A DNA stretch of 63,315 nucleotides, counting the filler, from an uncultured bacterium (GTDB lineage Bacteria; CAZSTA01), in the NCBI GenBank assembly GCA_964609495.1. It is 18 parts of 18 records of this genome, joined end to end, with 100 filler letters (N's around TTAATTAATTAA, not from the genome) between each part and the next. Parts side by side here need not be neighbours in the genome. Positions count along the whole stretch, not along the records: positions 40,608 to 43,919 come from CAZSTA010000280.1; positions 44,020 to 47,202 come from CAZSTA010000281.1; positions 47,303 to 50,475 come from CAZSTA010000282.1; positions 50,576 to 53,727 come from CAZSTA010000283.1; 14 more parts are not named here. The stretch is one strand, 5' to 3'. Below are positions 40,664 through 51,852 of this stretch, piece after piece (the stretch's first letter is position 1; every line of letters starts with the position of its first letter). Below the pieces are notes generated by a model. The model did no database searches. It was not told the origin of the DNA and saw only the letters and a program-made list of their open reading frames with translations. The position numbers and the translations under genes were made by a program.

Positions 40664-42586
40664 CTACTGCTTGAAAAAGAACTGTTCTGTTTGAACATAA
40701 GCACCAAAAAGAGAATCCCAACCATAGTATATCTCTTCTGGAACGTTCCGTAAATTGCTTCTCACTACAACAGCTATAGGAGCAGCGCCTACGCTACCAA
40801 TACACCAAAGGTTCTCCGCTGCTATACGACAGACTTCTTTACCCATTCGAATTCTTTCTTCATCATCTAAGGTAACTCTCATCTCATCATACAAGTACTG
40901 AAGTCTCTTTATTACCTGGGGAGGCTCTTCTCCTTCTTCTCCCTCTGTGATGTACCATCTTGACCATAGTGGACACCAAGTATCTTCCCAACCGAGATGC
41001 ACAGGAAATTGCCACATAGGCCATAGGAGGAACATCGTATTTGTACATCCACATCCATGCCACTCACCCATTGCAACTTCATTTGCCTGATAACGCATTG
41101 AGCTTAACTCTCCACTGATTTCCTTCAAGGATACTTGAACTCCGATGGCTTCCCAATATTCCTTTACCAGTTCAGAAACAGGGGTTTTGGGTGACTCGAT
41201 AGGGTAATACTCAATGGTCCAAGCAAGTCTTTCCCCATCCGGCTTCAAGCGATAACCAGCTTCATCTCTCTTATCCAAACCCATCTCATCTAAGAGCCGG
41301 TTAGCTTCTTCTGGATTATACTCCGCATAAGATTCAGCGAATTCCTCCTCGTAATAATCACATATGGGAAGAACTGCATATTGACGAGGAATTGCTTTTC
41401 CAAAGTAGATAGCCTCATTAATTTCCTCACGATTAATGCCCAGAGATAAAGCCCGACGAAATCTCACATCCCGGAATATATCTCGCAGGACAAGATCTTT
41501 CATATAGGTTTGATTGGGCTGAAAATAAACATCTGCTCCATAGGTGCTTTTCCACAGAATTACCCGAAAGTTGCCTTTTTCGGCATTTTCCATGTAAAGG
41601 GGATAATCCTTTAGGGCGGTCTCCTTGGCTGCCCAATCGACTTCACCAGTGGCTACTTTGGAGGCGACCATCTCCCTATCTTCAACCAGGGTAAGCAAAA
41701 TCCCATCAATGTAAGGAAGTTGATTCCCCTCGGTATCCACTTTCCAGTAATAGGGATTCCTCTCTAAGGCCCAATATCCTGGCGTCTTCTCTTTAAGATA
41801 ATATGGATTGACCACAGGAAGATCAGGATTGTCTAAGGGGACCCCAGAATCATTTTTGGTTCTTGCCCTAAAGAGCTCATACCAATGGTCAAAGCCACTT
41901 TCAGCTGCCATTTCCTGTAGTTCTTCCATGGGGACATAACGAGGGTGAAATTGCTTTAGATAGTGTTTGGGATAGAAGAAGGAACCTGGTAACCCCCGGT
42001 AATGGGCTAGCAATATGGTCGCAATTGGATAGGGCACAGCAAAGTGCATTTGAACTGTCCAATCATCTATCTTCTCCATCTCCATCAGCTCTCCCCCAGG
42101 AGAACAATCTCCTGGTTTAACTGGGGTAAGCTCATCATTTAAAGTTACATCCTCATACCAGAACATTATATCATCAGCCGTAAAGGGTGCTCCATCCGAC
42201 CACTTCATCCCCTTGCGGAGAAATAAGGTTAAAGTTTTCGCATCTTCTGAGAACTCCCAGCCCTTGGCAATATTAGGCTCTACAGTTCTTAAATCAGGAG
42301 ACATACGAAGCATAATGCTCTGCATATTGAAGGTATCACAATCATCGAAATCATTAGGTACAGGAGTAACCATATGGAGCGTCCCACCATACTGGCCAAT
42401 CTCCTCCACTACCTCTACTACTAAGGGTTCCTCAGGAAGTCTTTCCTCTACTGGAGGAAGCTCTCCTGCGGCTACCTTCTCTTTAAGCATAGGAGCTTCA
42501 TTGTACTCTACCGCTAATGCGGAAGTTACTCCTAACAGCAGACATATTACCCCACTTAATAAAACCACTGTTAATTTTCGTATCAC
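40664..42586 (-). CDS. ABC substrate-binding protein, family 5 (oligosaccharide/peptide)
   Basis: Signal peptide, LPPVEERLP, KWSDGAPFTADD, ERNPYYWKVD. Confidence 0.93.
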   Translation of the reverse strand: MIRKLTVVLLSGVICLLLGVTSALAVEYNEAPMLKEKVAAGELPPVEERLPEEPLVVEVVEEIGQYGGTLHMVTPVPNDFDDCDTFNMQSIMLRMSPDLRTVEPNIAKGWEFSEDAKTLTLFLRKGMKWSDGAPFTADDIMFWYEDVTLNDELTPVKPGDCSPGGELMEMEKIDDWTVQMHFAVPYPIATILLAHYRGLPGSFFYPKHYLKQFHPRYVPMEELQEMAAESGFDHWYELFRARTKNDSGVPLDNPDLPVVNPYYLKEKTPGYWALERNPYYWKVDTEGNQLPYIDGILLTLVEDREMVASKVATGEVDWAAKETALKDYPLYMENAEKGNFRVILWKSTYGADVYFQPNQTYMKDLVLRDIFRDVRFRRALSLGINREEINEAIYFGKAIPRQYAVLPICDYYEEEFAESYAEYNPEEANRLLDEMGLDKRDEAGYRLKPDGERLAWTIEYYPIESPKTPVSELVKEYWEAIGVQVSLKEISGELSSMRYQANEVAMGEWHGCGCTNTMFLLWPMWQFPVHLGWEDTWCPLWSRWYITEGEEGEEPPQVIKRLQYLYDEMRVTLDDEERIRMGKEVCRIAAENLWCIGSVGAAPIAVVVRSNLRNVPEEIYYGWDSLFGAYVQTEQFFFKQ

Positions 42587-42719
42587 CCGTTTTACCTCCT
42601 TTGTAAAATTAATTTTTTGGGATTGCCCTACCTTCTAATCGCTTTTTACATCTAAATGTAGAAGAACCACCTCCTTTATGCGAATATGAGCGAATTTATC
42701 TTAATTCCTATCTCGCTCT

Positions 42720-43919
42720 TTAAGCCTCCACGACCTCGAACCCCATCAGCTTACCGAGTTCCCCGATATCCTGAACGTAGTCGCCATAGACTAGAGCGAG
42801 GTGGTGACCAAAGTCCATCTCCTTGCGGAAGAGGTCAACAATGTCTCTGACCTTGATGTGGGCGCTGAGGATACAACCCACTTTGCTGAATCCACTACAC
42901 CCCGCTAGCTCTCCCCTTACGACAAGCAGTTTCGTCCCTGTCGGGTCGAACCTCGCAAGTGTCACCGGACTCCCAACATCACGGGAGAAGTCATAGCGAG
43001 CCGTGGCTCCCCAGCCACTGACGGTGAAGTTCCTGATCTCGTAGGGCAAGACTGGTCCATCTATCCCCTTCATCTTCAGCCCGGGGACATCATGGTGCAC
43101 AGCAATGATATTCCTTTCCCTGTCCACGGCATATGAGTTTCCCATATAAGCCGATTTCCTCGAGATATACATAAGCACCGTCATAGCCATCAGGACGCTT
43201 ATGTCACCCTCGCAGGCTGATGGGAAGCCCTTGTCCTTGAGTAGTGTGTGGGTAAGACAGAAGGTGACCCTCCGCTCTTCCATAGTTCTCGTGGCGCAGA
43301 TTTCAAAGCACGGGATGACAAAAGCGTTGCTCTCGTGCCTCTCCATAACGTTCTTCGCGGCTACGTAGAACTTTACCGACTGGAGCAAATCTTCCCTACT
43401 CATATGAACCCCATCAGCATCTTCGATAAGACTGTCAGTCAGCTTCTCCGACTCCTCCAGGCTGTTGCCAGAGAGACAGTCCATCTCATTTATAATATTC
43501 TCTGCGGGGATGCAGGTGTAGTCCACACCATACCGTCTCTTGAGTTCCTCCAAGTTATAGATGCCACTTACAACGCCCACGGAGATGATGTTCCCCTCGA
43601 GGGCTACAAGGAGCTTCGTCCTACGGATGGCTTTCCTCACTTGGAGCAGAGAGATGAAGCGGTTGAGGTCGTCAAAGTCGAGGAAGGCATAGCCTTCAAG
43701 CCCCTGAGCCCTAAGATAAGCGGTGACATCAACACTGGTAACCCATCCGATCATCCCCACAGGCTTCCCATAGCGTTGTCCGATGGTTATCGCGGGGCAT
43801 TGTGGCAAGCCAGCGAGACTCATGAGGACCAGATCTGCATCATAGATGTCGGGCTCCAATTTCCTGAGCTCACTTTCAGGAATCACGAAATCGTCGCCCC
43901 ACTCTATATAGACCGGCTC
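42720..43919 (-). CDS. L-fucose/L-arabinose isomerase-like protein, 5' truncated
   Basis: SACEGD, VTLARF, FGHH..LVYGD. Confidence 0.75.
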   Translation of the reverse strand, partial: EPVYIEWGDDFVIPESELRKLEPDIYDADLVLMSLAGLPQCPAITIGQRYGKPVGMIGWVTSVDVTAYLRAQGLEGYAFLDFDDLNRFISLLQVRKAIRRTKLLVALEGNIISVGVVSGIYNLEELKRRYGVDYTCIPAENIINEMDCLSGNSLEESEKLTDSLIEDADGVHMSREDLLQSVKFYVAAKNVMERHESNAFVIPCFEICATRTMEERRVTFCLTHTLLKDKGFPSACEGDISVLMAMTVLMYISRKSAYMGNSYAVDRERNIIAVHHDVPGLKMKGIDGPVLPYEIRNFTVSGWGATARYDFSRDVGSPVTLARFDPTGTKLLVVRGELAGCSGFSKVGCILSAHIKVRDIVDLFRKEMDFGHHLALVYGDYVQDIGELGKLMGFEVVEA

Positions 43920-44019
43920 NNNNNNNNNNNNNNNNNNNNNNNNNNNNNNNNNNNNNNNNNNNNTTAATTAATTAANNNNNNNNNNNNNNNNNNNNNNNNN
44001 NNNNNNNNNNNNNNNNNNN

Positions 44020-44445
44020 TTCACGCGGGCATATAAGCTGAGGTCGTCTATTTAAAAGAGTTGGTTTATCACCAGGAATAGCTTCCATATCTCTCAAGAG
44101 CCAATCATTACTCTCAAGCTGGGCTCGAACCAGAAAAAGAATTTCTATACTCCCTGGAACAGGTTCCCCTGATAAAATACAAGAGGTGCCACTAATTTTT
44201 GGACTAGAAATAGTATCTTGATCCATTTCTAGTAATGTCAAGGGGATCTTGTATTTACAGGGGAATTTGGGATCTACTTCTCGCCAGAGCTCCTTTTGCT
44301 CTTTATCTATTTCAGATTGATAACGAGATGCATCGCGAGGGAGAATATATCTAGCCCAGCCATCTTCTTTGTAAAAGCTAACCTCTACCGCTTCAAGGAA
44401 TGCTCCGGCGATAAAATCCGACGTTTCTGGGACGCCAGCACACAC
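44020..44445 (-). CDS. Hypothetical protein, 3' truncated, start uncertain
   Basis: Open frame only; no recognised motif. Confidence 0.4.
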
Positions 44446-44457
44446 ATCCTGACAAAG

Positions 44458-44796
44458 TTATGTTCCTCCTGCTCGAATACTACGGAAATTACCTAAAAGC
44501 CCTTTATCTCTCCAATACCCTACTTTTTCGTGAAGTTTTTGCATCAACTCGGGTGATAACCAGCGCAGACAGCTACTATCGATAATTAATGCTACGCCTG
44601 CACCTAATCGCACAGGTGTATTTATCACATCTTTGGCTTTTCTTTTGTTCAATTTTTCAATTTCCTCGGGGATTGCAGAGAATACATCTTTTCCTATTTT
44701 GGGGCGAATACCTTCGACAGTCCGCACACTATGCAACTTGGCTTCAACAGAGCCATTATCAAGGACTTTTGCTTTCAATTCACCAACAGCGTACAT
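44458..44796 (-). CDS. Hypothetical protein
   Basis: AAGGAG RBS before ATG; no recognised motif. Confidence 0.55.
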   Translation of the reverse strand: MYAVGELKAKVLDNGSVEAKLHSVRTVEGIRPKIGKDVFSAIPEEIEKLNKRKAKDVINTPVRLGAGVALIIDSSCLRWLSPELMQKLHEKVGYWRDKGLLGNFRSIRAGGT

Positions 44797-44841
44797 TTGC
44801 GTATCTCCTTATAAATTTGGCTAGCTATACAAACAAAATTG

Positions 44842-47185
44842 TTAAAATTGACCAACCCTCTTCCTCCTGAATAACCTGATAAGCGATCCGATAATTAAAA
44901 TTGTCAAAGTAGTGAGAGTTATTATCAATCCTATCTTATAGGAGAGAGGATCATAGGCGAAACGAACCGNNNNNNNNNNCATAATTAGCTACATATATCT
45001 CGGCTTCTTTTCCATCTACGTATGCTTTCCATCCCGGATAATAGTTCTCACTTAGCACTAAAAAACTATCCTGATCTGATCTAGTTTTGAGGATGATCTC
45101 CTCAGGTAGATAACTTGAGATCTGGACGCTACTCTCATCGAAGGGAAAATCCCCCGCTGGAATCAAGGATGGCTTCTCCTCCAAGATCACATATCGAGTA
45201 GGATCGAAGTTGGCACTAAGCAATTCCTTGGCTACATCAGCCTTATCAGGCAATATCTTAGTGCGAGGAACGAGATAGGCTCGAGGCAAGCAATTCATAT
45301 TTTCATACACTCTGACCAATCCCGAATTGATCTGCTCATAACCATCAATATATATACTCCTTAAGATGATGATATACTTCATGTTCAACAAATTGACCAG
45401 AGGGGAGGAGAAATTATCGAAGTTGAAGAAGTTCAAATCTCGGTCTAATTTTTCATCGCTAGGCAAAGCTCGATTATCTATGAGCCAGAGCAAATCCATA
45501 TATCGCTTTATCGCCATAGGATTGTAGCCGATGACGTTCTGCTCACGATAGATCATTGCGGCGGTGTTATGAATTCCGAACAGCTCCCAACCCAGACTCC
45601 GATGAGTCAAAATTCTATAGGGTTTTGGTTTATCCTTCAGGAGTTCGAGGAAATCAAATTTCCTGGCGAGAACCTCCTTACCCGTAGATTGACCAGGGTT
45701 ATATCCGATCCCAAAGAAGAAGAGATCAGTGATAAGTATAGCTAGGAAAGCGATCTTGATTATTAGATCGGGCAGCCATCCCTTCTCCTTCAATATAACG
45801 ACTATTACTGTAGCAATATAAAATATTAAGGAGAGATTCATACTAAATATGACTGTTTCTACGTCTCGCATATAGAAGGGAGGGGAAGTTCGTAACTTCC
45901 AATTCGCCCAGATCACTAAGGCTATAATCGGGAGCGAAAGTATCATAAGCACCTTGGCGAGTAAGCTCAAGTGAGAGCGCTTCCACTCGATAACTAATCC
46001 CTCCATCGCCATCCCTAAAAGCACTGAGGTGGAGAAGGCAAGGATATAGGTGAAACGAGCGGGAACTCGGAAAGAATCATACTTGGGAAGTATATGATAT
46101 AGAAGGGGATTGAGAGGTGTCGATTTTCCCAAGGCTAGCAAGATAGATACGATCGCCGTTGCGGTGAAGAAGTAAGTGTACATATTCCTCTTTCTAGCTA
46201 AGGCAAATAGTATCATCATCAGAGGAAGTATCCCCACGTAGCTCGTCATCTCCCAATAGTTCCAATCTCCCCAATATGGCCCTTTAACATGATTGCCAAA
46301 GAAGTCGGGAACGACCAATCCGATCAGGTTATGGAACTTCAAAGCGTAGGTATTGGCGAAATCCAGAGTCACTCCCTCAGCTCGAGGGGAGAGGGAGGAG
46401 TATTCCGCGCTAGGCAGAAATTGAACAGCCCCTATCCCGATCATCACTACTATAATTAACACCAACGCTACTATGGAGATAAGGATTTGATTCAGTCCTC
46501 CATCATTCCAGTGGAAGGAGATAAAACGCATAATGGTGTAGAAGACGAGCAATAAGCCGATATAGTAAGTCATCTGGCCGGAACTTCCCATAAGTTGTAT
46601 CCCTAAGAATACCCCAGCTAAGATCGCATACCTCAACATCCTCTTCTGCCAGAATTTCTCATAGAAGAGCATAATTAGAGGCAACCAAGCGATAGTGCAA
46701 AGCATCGTGTAATGCCTAACGTGAACCACGAAGAATCCGCAGAACATAAAGCTTACTGCTCCCATAAGAGAGCTAAAGCGATTGAGCCTCAAAGTTCTCA
46801 AGAAGAAGTAGGTGAACAGTCCTATTAGAAAGAAGTGCAAAGCGACACTGACTGATAAAGCGGTATAGGTCGGCAGAATATAAAATAGAACGTTTATAGG
46901 ATAGAAGATCGCCGCTTGAGGATCTGCTTGCAGGGGCTCTCCTCCGAACATATAAGGATTCCAGAGAGGGATATGCCCAGTTCTTACCACCTCGGAGATA
47001 TAATTCCTGAGAGGATGGTAGAAGTTTGCTATATCCTCAAAGTGTAAGATCCTTCCTTGAAAGAGGATTGGCCAGAAGAAGATAAGGGTGAGAGCCAATA
47101 GGAATACTAATATAAGCGCATCTAATATCCACAGCCCATTCTCATCACTTACGGCTGAATTTCCTTCTCTAAGTTTAATGCTCAT
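44842..47185 (-). CDS. YfhO-family (GT-C) membrane protein
   Basis: PLWNPY, FRVPARF, ENYYPGWKAYVDG; true C-terminus VRFAYDPLSYKIG...GQF* resumes after the 11-N gap at 44970-44980. Confidence 0.9.
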
Positions 47186-47302
47186 TGTTATCTCCTTACT
47201 ATNNNNNNNNNNNNNNNNNNNNNNNNNNNNNNNNNNNNNNNNNNNNTTAATTAATTAANNNNNNNNNNNNNNNNNNNNNNNNNNNNNNNNNNNNNNNNNN
47301 NN

Positions 47303-48503
47303 GTTGTACTCAACTACAATAGGTACGCCTGTAGACCTATTTCTCACTGTTATACTGAGCGCTTTGAGTGGTTTGATCGTCGGGGAGATCACCGGGGGAG
47401 GAGAACTAAACTACATGTTAGTAGGTTTCATCGGGGGAGCAATCGGAATATACAGCGTTTCCAAGATCAGACAGATAACCCAATTAACGAAAGTTGGAGT
47501 AGCAGTTATTTCTGCTAATATCCTAGTGATCTTTGGTCTCGAACTATTAAGCCTTCGTTCTCCAGAGCAAGCCCTCTTGAATTCCCTATGGGGAGTACCC
47601 AGTGGATTGCTATCCACAGTGCTTACCGCTGGTAGCTTGCCCTTAATAGAGAATATCTTTCACATAACTACGAACTTCAAACTACTGGAGCTAGCTAGCC
47701 CAGCTCATCCCCTTTTGAAGAGGCTATTGTTGGAAGCCTCTGGCACCTATAGTCACAGTATAGTCATCGGAAATTTAGCGGAGACAGCTGCCGAGGCTGT
47801 AGGGGCTAATCCTCTTTTAGCCCGGGTTGGGGCTTATTATCACGATATAGGAAAGATAAAACGCCCCTATTTCTTCATCGAGAATCAAATAGGAGAGCAG
47901 CGCAATCCCCATAATAAGATATCTCCTACCCTAAGCTTCCTCACGATCTCCTCCCATGTGAAGGACGGCGTAGAGATGGCTTATAATTATCATCTCCCCG
48001 AATCTATAATCGATATCATAAGACAACATCATGGAACTAATTATAATGCCTATTTCTATAACAAGGCTCGTGATTATTCAGGTAAAGATCACCATCTCTC
48101 GCTCGATGATTTTCGCTATGAAGGACCTAAACCTCGGACGAAGGAAGCCGCGATAATTTTTCTGGCTGATTCGGTCGAGGCGGCTACTAGATCCTTATCT
48201 AAGCCCTCTCCTAGCCGTATTAGAGGGATGGTTCGGGAGATAATAAAGAGCAAAGTCGATGATGGACAACTAGATGAATGCGATCTCACCTTCCGAGATA
48301 TAGATAAGATCAGCCAAAGCTTCGAGAGGATATTGATGGCTATGTTCCATGTCCGACTAGAGTATCCAAAGGTCTCGAAAGTTAAGAGTATATCCTCATA
48401 TAACCCTAAAGTAGAGAAGGGGAGTAATGGTAGAGGTAATAATAAAGGATCTTCAGAAGAAGTTCGAGCTAGATCGCAAATCAACGAAAGAATTAATAAA
48501 TGA
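47303..48503 (+). CDS. 7TM-HD phosphohydrolase (PgpH-like c-di-AMP phosphodiesterase), 5' truncated
   Basis: GTYSHS, YYHDIGK, FFIENQ, QHHGT, LADSVEA; upstream of ybeY. Confidence 0.9.
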
Positions 48504-48978
48504 TATCTTGATCAGCGAAAATCCCGAGGCTGATGATATAGAGGTAAGCCTGGTTTTCACCGATGACAGCCATATCGAGAAACTCAACAAGCAATATCTA
48601 GGGAGAGAAGGGGCTACAGATGTTATCTCCTTCTATTTGGACGATGAACGAACCCCAGATGGCAAGCTTATCCTAGGCGATATAGTTATCTCAGTGGATA
48701 CCGCCGAAAGGCAAGCCCAGGAGCAGGGTCACAGCTTTACAGAGGAGCTAGAGATGTTAATCGTTCATGGGATGCTTCATCTTCTGGGTTATGACCATGA
48801 GAAAAAGGAAACTTTTGCCGGTAACAAAACTCAAGCGAAAAGGAAACTTTTGCCTCAAATAGGACTCAAGGTAAAAAAGTTCCCTTTTAAAAAAGTTCCC
48901 TTTTCAGATGACGAGAGCGAGATATTTTGGTCCAAGCAAAACTCCCTTTTGAAAGCCTTCAAAACTAGGAAAAGATAA
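48427..48978 (+). CDS. ybeY: rRNA maturation RNase YbeY with a 34-aa insertion
   Basis: TDVISF, LGDIVIS, HGMLHLLGYDH. Confidence 0.95.
   Translation: MVEVIIKDLQKKFELDRKSTKELINDILISENPEADDIEVSLVFTDDSHIEKLNKQYLGREGATDVISFYLDDERTPDGKLILGDIVISVDTAERQAQEQGHSFTEELEMLIVHGMLHLLGYDHEKKETFAGNKTQAKRKLLPQIGLKVKKFPFKKVPFSDDESEIFWSKQNSLLKAFKTRKR
48802..48903 (+). repeat. Two nested 51-bp family B elements, in frame within ybeY
   Basis: Inner 48838-48888; outer 48802-48837 plus 48889-48903; ends AAAAGGAAACTTTT / AAAAGTTCCCTTT(T). Confidence 0.88.
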
Positions 48979-50104
48979 GCCTCTTCAATAAATTTCTTCC
49001 TCGGAAGACCTCCTTATAAGGTCTCCTTCCTAAGATAGCATCAGCTAAAATATCCCCGATATCCTTTCTCCTTTGGGCTAGATGAATAGCCCAGTTTAGA
49101 ACTCTATGTCTATAGAATAATTTCTGAAAGCGGGCGGAAAGGTATAGATCGTCTCCATATTCCGCCCGCCATCTTTCCTCATAAGATAGGATATCACCAG
49201 CGATTATCGCCTGAGCGGCGCATCGTCCTCCCTTCATCGCAAAGTATATACCTTCCCCGGTAACGGCATTAACATGGGCCGCCGCATCTCCTATAAGAGC
49301 CCAATTATCTCCAGCGATAGGTATATCGAAGAAGGCTGGAACATCGGCCGCTGGCAAAAGCGCTCCATAAGGCTTTCTGATGAAGTCGGAGGGAAGTCTC
49401 CTCGCCGCAGGATGACGATCTAAAAATTCGTCCAATATCCTTAGCAGATGAGGGATGCCCACTTTAGACCCGATCCCCACCGATATCACTTTTGATTTAG
49501 GAAATATCCAGATGTAACCTAAGTAGCCTCCAGAAATACTGAAGTATATCTCCATTGAATTCTTGAACGAACTCTTTATATCATCAGGATCAGCAGGGAT
49601 GTGATAACCAGTGCAGATAACCTTCGTAGCTTTAGGAAAAGGGGGGGCAGAGACCACCTTTCTAACCATAGATCTTGCCCCATCAGCTCCAATAATTAGA
49701 TCGGATTCGATCGCCCTTTGCGGAGTGATTATAGTCCAATAAGCTCTCCCTCTATCTATAGCCGATACCCTCTCTGGAAAGAAACTCGCCTCTTGTTTTG
49801 CCTGCTCTAACAGATAACTATCGAATTCCTTCCTCATAATCAGAGCCGCATCCTGGGGAGTAGATATCTCTATATCCTCTCCAGCAGGACTCTCTAGGAG
49901 CAGATAATCGACTCTCCTCTCCAATAGGGAAGGGGGGATGACAAATTCTTCAAGAACCCGAGACGATAATGCTCCTCCGCAGGGCTTCTCTCGAGGATGA
50001 GAGCCATCGAATAAAGCTACTTTTATCCCAGCTCGTCCCAACTCATAGGCGCATATCGCTCCGGCTGGACCTCCTCCTACTATAGCAACCTCATATCGCT
50101 TCAA
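48965..50104 (-). CDS. Geranylgeranyl reductase family flavoprotein
   Basis: GGGPAG, EKPCGG, GADG, YIWIFPK, GDAA..GEGIYFAM. Confidence 0.9.
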   Translation of the reverse strand: MKRYEVAIVGGGPAGAICAYELGRAGIKVALFDGSHPREKPCGGALSSRVLEEFVIPPSLLERRVDYLLLESPAGEDIEISTPQDAALIMRKEFDSYLLEQAKQEASFFPERVSAIDRGRAYWTIITPQRAIESDLIIGADGARSMVRKVVSAPPFPKATKVICTGYHIPADPDDIKSSFKNSMEIYFSISGGYLGYIWIFPKSKVISVGIGSKVGIPHLLRILDEFLDRHPAARRLPSDFIRKPYGALLPAADVPAFFDIPIAGDNWALIGDAAAHVNAVTGEGIYFAMKGGRCAAQAIIAGDILSYEERWRAEYGDDLYLSARFQKLFYRHRVLNWAIHLAQRRKDIGDILADAILGRRPYKEVFRGRNLLKRLIFS

Positions 50105-50196
50105 ATCGTTTATCTCCCAATTGAGAAGCCAGCAGATTGTCTCGATAGATCATATTCACTCCGAGCTTGCATTATGCGCTGTGACATCCCCTTTAC

Positions 50197-50451
50197 CTAT
50201 TCTTCCCTCTCGACCTCGATGGTGCACTCTGCTACCAAGGCAGCAATTGCTCCTATTGCGGCCCAAATTGGAGCAACTAAGACTCCTACAGCCGCTACAG
50301 TTAAAGGAACCTCCATCAACGTCTTGCCCTCTTCGTTCTTAATGATAAGTCTCCTGATATTCCCCTCATGGAGTATGTTTTTGATCGTCTCCAGCACCTT
50401 GTTTCCAGAAACTTTGACCTCTTCCCTCTTAACCTTTTTCTCCTCTCCCAT
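50197..50451 (-). CDS. DUF4342 family protein
   Basis: EGNIRRLIIK, EVPLT, AALVAECTIEVER. Confidence 0.85.
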   Translation of the reverse strand: MGEEKKVKREEVKVSGNKVLETIKNILHEGNIRRLIIKNEEGKTLMEVPLTVAAVGVLVAPIWAAIGAIAALVAECTIEVEREE

Positions 50452-50575
50452 CTTTTTGCCTCCTTTTTAACTGGANNNNNNNNNNNNNNNNNNNNNNNNN
50501 NNNNNNNNNNNNNNNNNNNTTAATTAATTAANNNNNNNNNNNNNNNNNNNNNNNNNNNNNNNNNNNNNNNNNNNN

Positions 50576-50598
50576 AAGGGAGGGGGAAATCAAAGAGG
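50576..50598 (+). repeat. Partial family A repeat at contig start
   Basis: AAGGGAGGGGGAAATCAAAGAG, similar to the copy near 57246. Confidence 0.6.
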
Positions 50599-50600
50599 AC

Positions 50601-50630
50601 TAGCTGTCGGATCCTCGTATCCGACAGCTA
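50601..50630. terminator. Hairpin downstream of oxidoreductase
   Basis: TAGCTGTCGGAT / ATCCGACAGCTA perfect 12-bp stem. Confidence 0.6.
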
Positions 50631-50640
50631 TCGCAGAATT

Positions 50641-51663
50641 TTAATCCAAAGGTAGATCTATCCTCTTACCAGTCTTTATCGAATCTAGACCAGCTTGAAG
50701 GACTTCCTGAGCATCTTTACTTATATAGGGACTGCAAGGTCCTTCAACCGGTTTATCCTCATCTAGGCAAGAGATGAAATATTCGGGACCATTGCTCCTT
50801 CCTTTGGGAAGAGGAGGAGCGGTTATGATCTCACCCTCTATATTATCCGCGGTGATCAGCTTGACCTTCCCGGGTTCCGGTATGACTATCGTGCCTTCGC
50901 TTCCAGCGATCAGAAGACCATAAGGCTCATGCCCGATCTGAGTCCAAGAGGCTTCGCAGACCCCCATCGCCTTATCGAACATAGCTAGGAGAATCGCATT
51001 ATCATCAACGATGTCATAATCCTTGACCAGCCTTCCACCCATCGCTACTACGTTCTTCGCCTTGCCGAGTATCCAGCAGGAGATATCAGCTCCATAACAG
51101 CAGAAATCCATAAATGCACCAGCTCCGTTCTTCTCCTCATCATATAGCCACTCCCAGAAGTAGTTAGAGCAACCTATCTCCTTTGGCCCCCGATGACCGG
51201 CATGATATCTCACCTGATATATCTGCCCTATCCTTCCCGCCTTAGCTAGATCGTAAGCGTGTTGGATAGCAGGACTCCACGCGGTTGGCCAGTTGATCAT
51301 AAGCTTGATATCGTGCTTCTCCGCCGCCACAATCATCCTCTTTGCTTGCTCGTAGGTAGCTGCCATCGGCTTCTCCAAGGCGATATGAACTCCCTTAGCC
51401 GCAGCCGCCTCGACTATATCGGCATGGCGATAGTTCTCCGCTCCAGCGAAGGCTAGATCAAGATCCTCCCTCTCCAGCATCTCATTATAATCAGCATACA
51501 GATTTTTGATGTCATACAGATCGCTGATCTTCTCCCGCAGAGGCTCATTCACATCCGCCGCCGCGACCAACTTCGCGGAGGGGTGTTCAGAGACACTTTT
51601 CAGTATTCCCCAAATGATATCATGCACTAATCCGATAACTCCAACTCGATATTCCTTTGCCAT
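50641..51663 (-). CDS. Gfo/Idh/MocA oxidoreductase
   Basis: EKPMA, GAGAFMDFCCYG. Confidence 0.92.
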   Translation of the reverse strand: MAKEYRVGVIGLVHDIIWGILKSVSEHPSAKLVAAADVNEPLREKISDLYDIKNLYADYNEMLEREDLDLAFAGAENYRHADIVEAAAAKGVHIALEKPMAATYEQAKRMIVAAEKHDIKLMINWPTAWSPAIQHAYDLAKAGRIGQIYQVRYHAGHRGPKEIGCSNYFWEWLYDEEKNGAGAFMDFCCYGADISCWILGKAKNVVAMGGRLVKDYDIVDDNAILLAMFDKAMGVCEASWTQIGHEPYGLLIAGSEGTIVIPEPGKVKLITADNIEGEIITAPPLPKGRSNGPEYFISCLDEDKPVEGPCSPYISKDAQEVLQAGLDSIKTGKRIDLPLD

Positions 51664-51705
51664 TATGTAAATCCTCCTTTATTTTAAGTGATTTTCAAAT
51701 ACTCA

Positions 51706-51852
51706 TTAGTGAGTTCAAGATGTGATTTCCCCCTCACCCTATCCCTCTCCCACGAGGGGAGAGGGTTTCTTGAGAGAACTGCTTGCTCTTTTTATTTCCC
51801 CTCCCTTGATGGGAGGGGTTAGGGGAGGGTGATTTAAGATGAGTCCAAGACC
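51706..51852. repeat. Composite (BIME-like) family A repeat with two inverted units
   Basis: CCCCCTCACCC..CCCTCTCCCACGAGGGGAGAGGG, linker, CCCCTCCCTTGATGGGAGGGGTTAGGGGAGGG; TGAGTTCAAGA/TGAGTCCAAGA flanks. Confidence 0.9.

Noticed and set aside
44951-44980. Apparent frameshift or early stop in YfhO
   Set aside because: Caused by an 11-N scaffold gap; the normal C-terminus continues to 44842.
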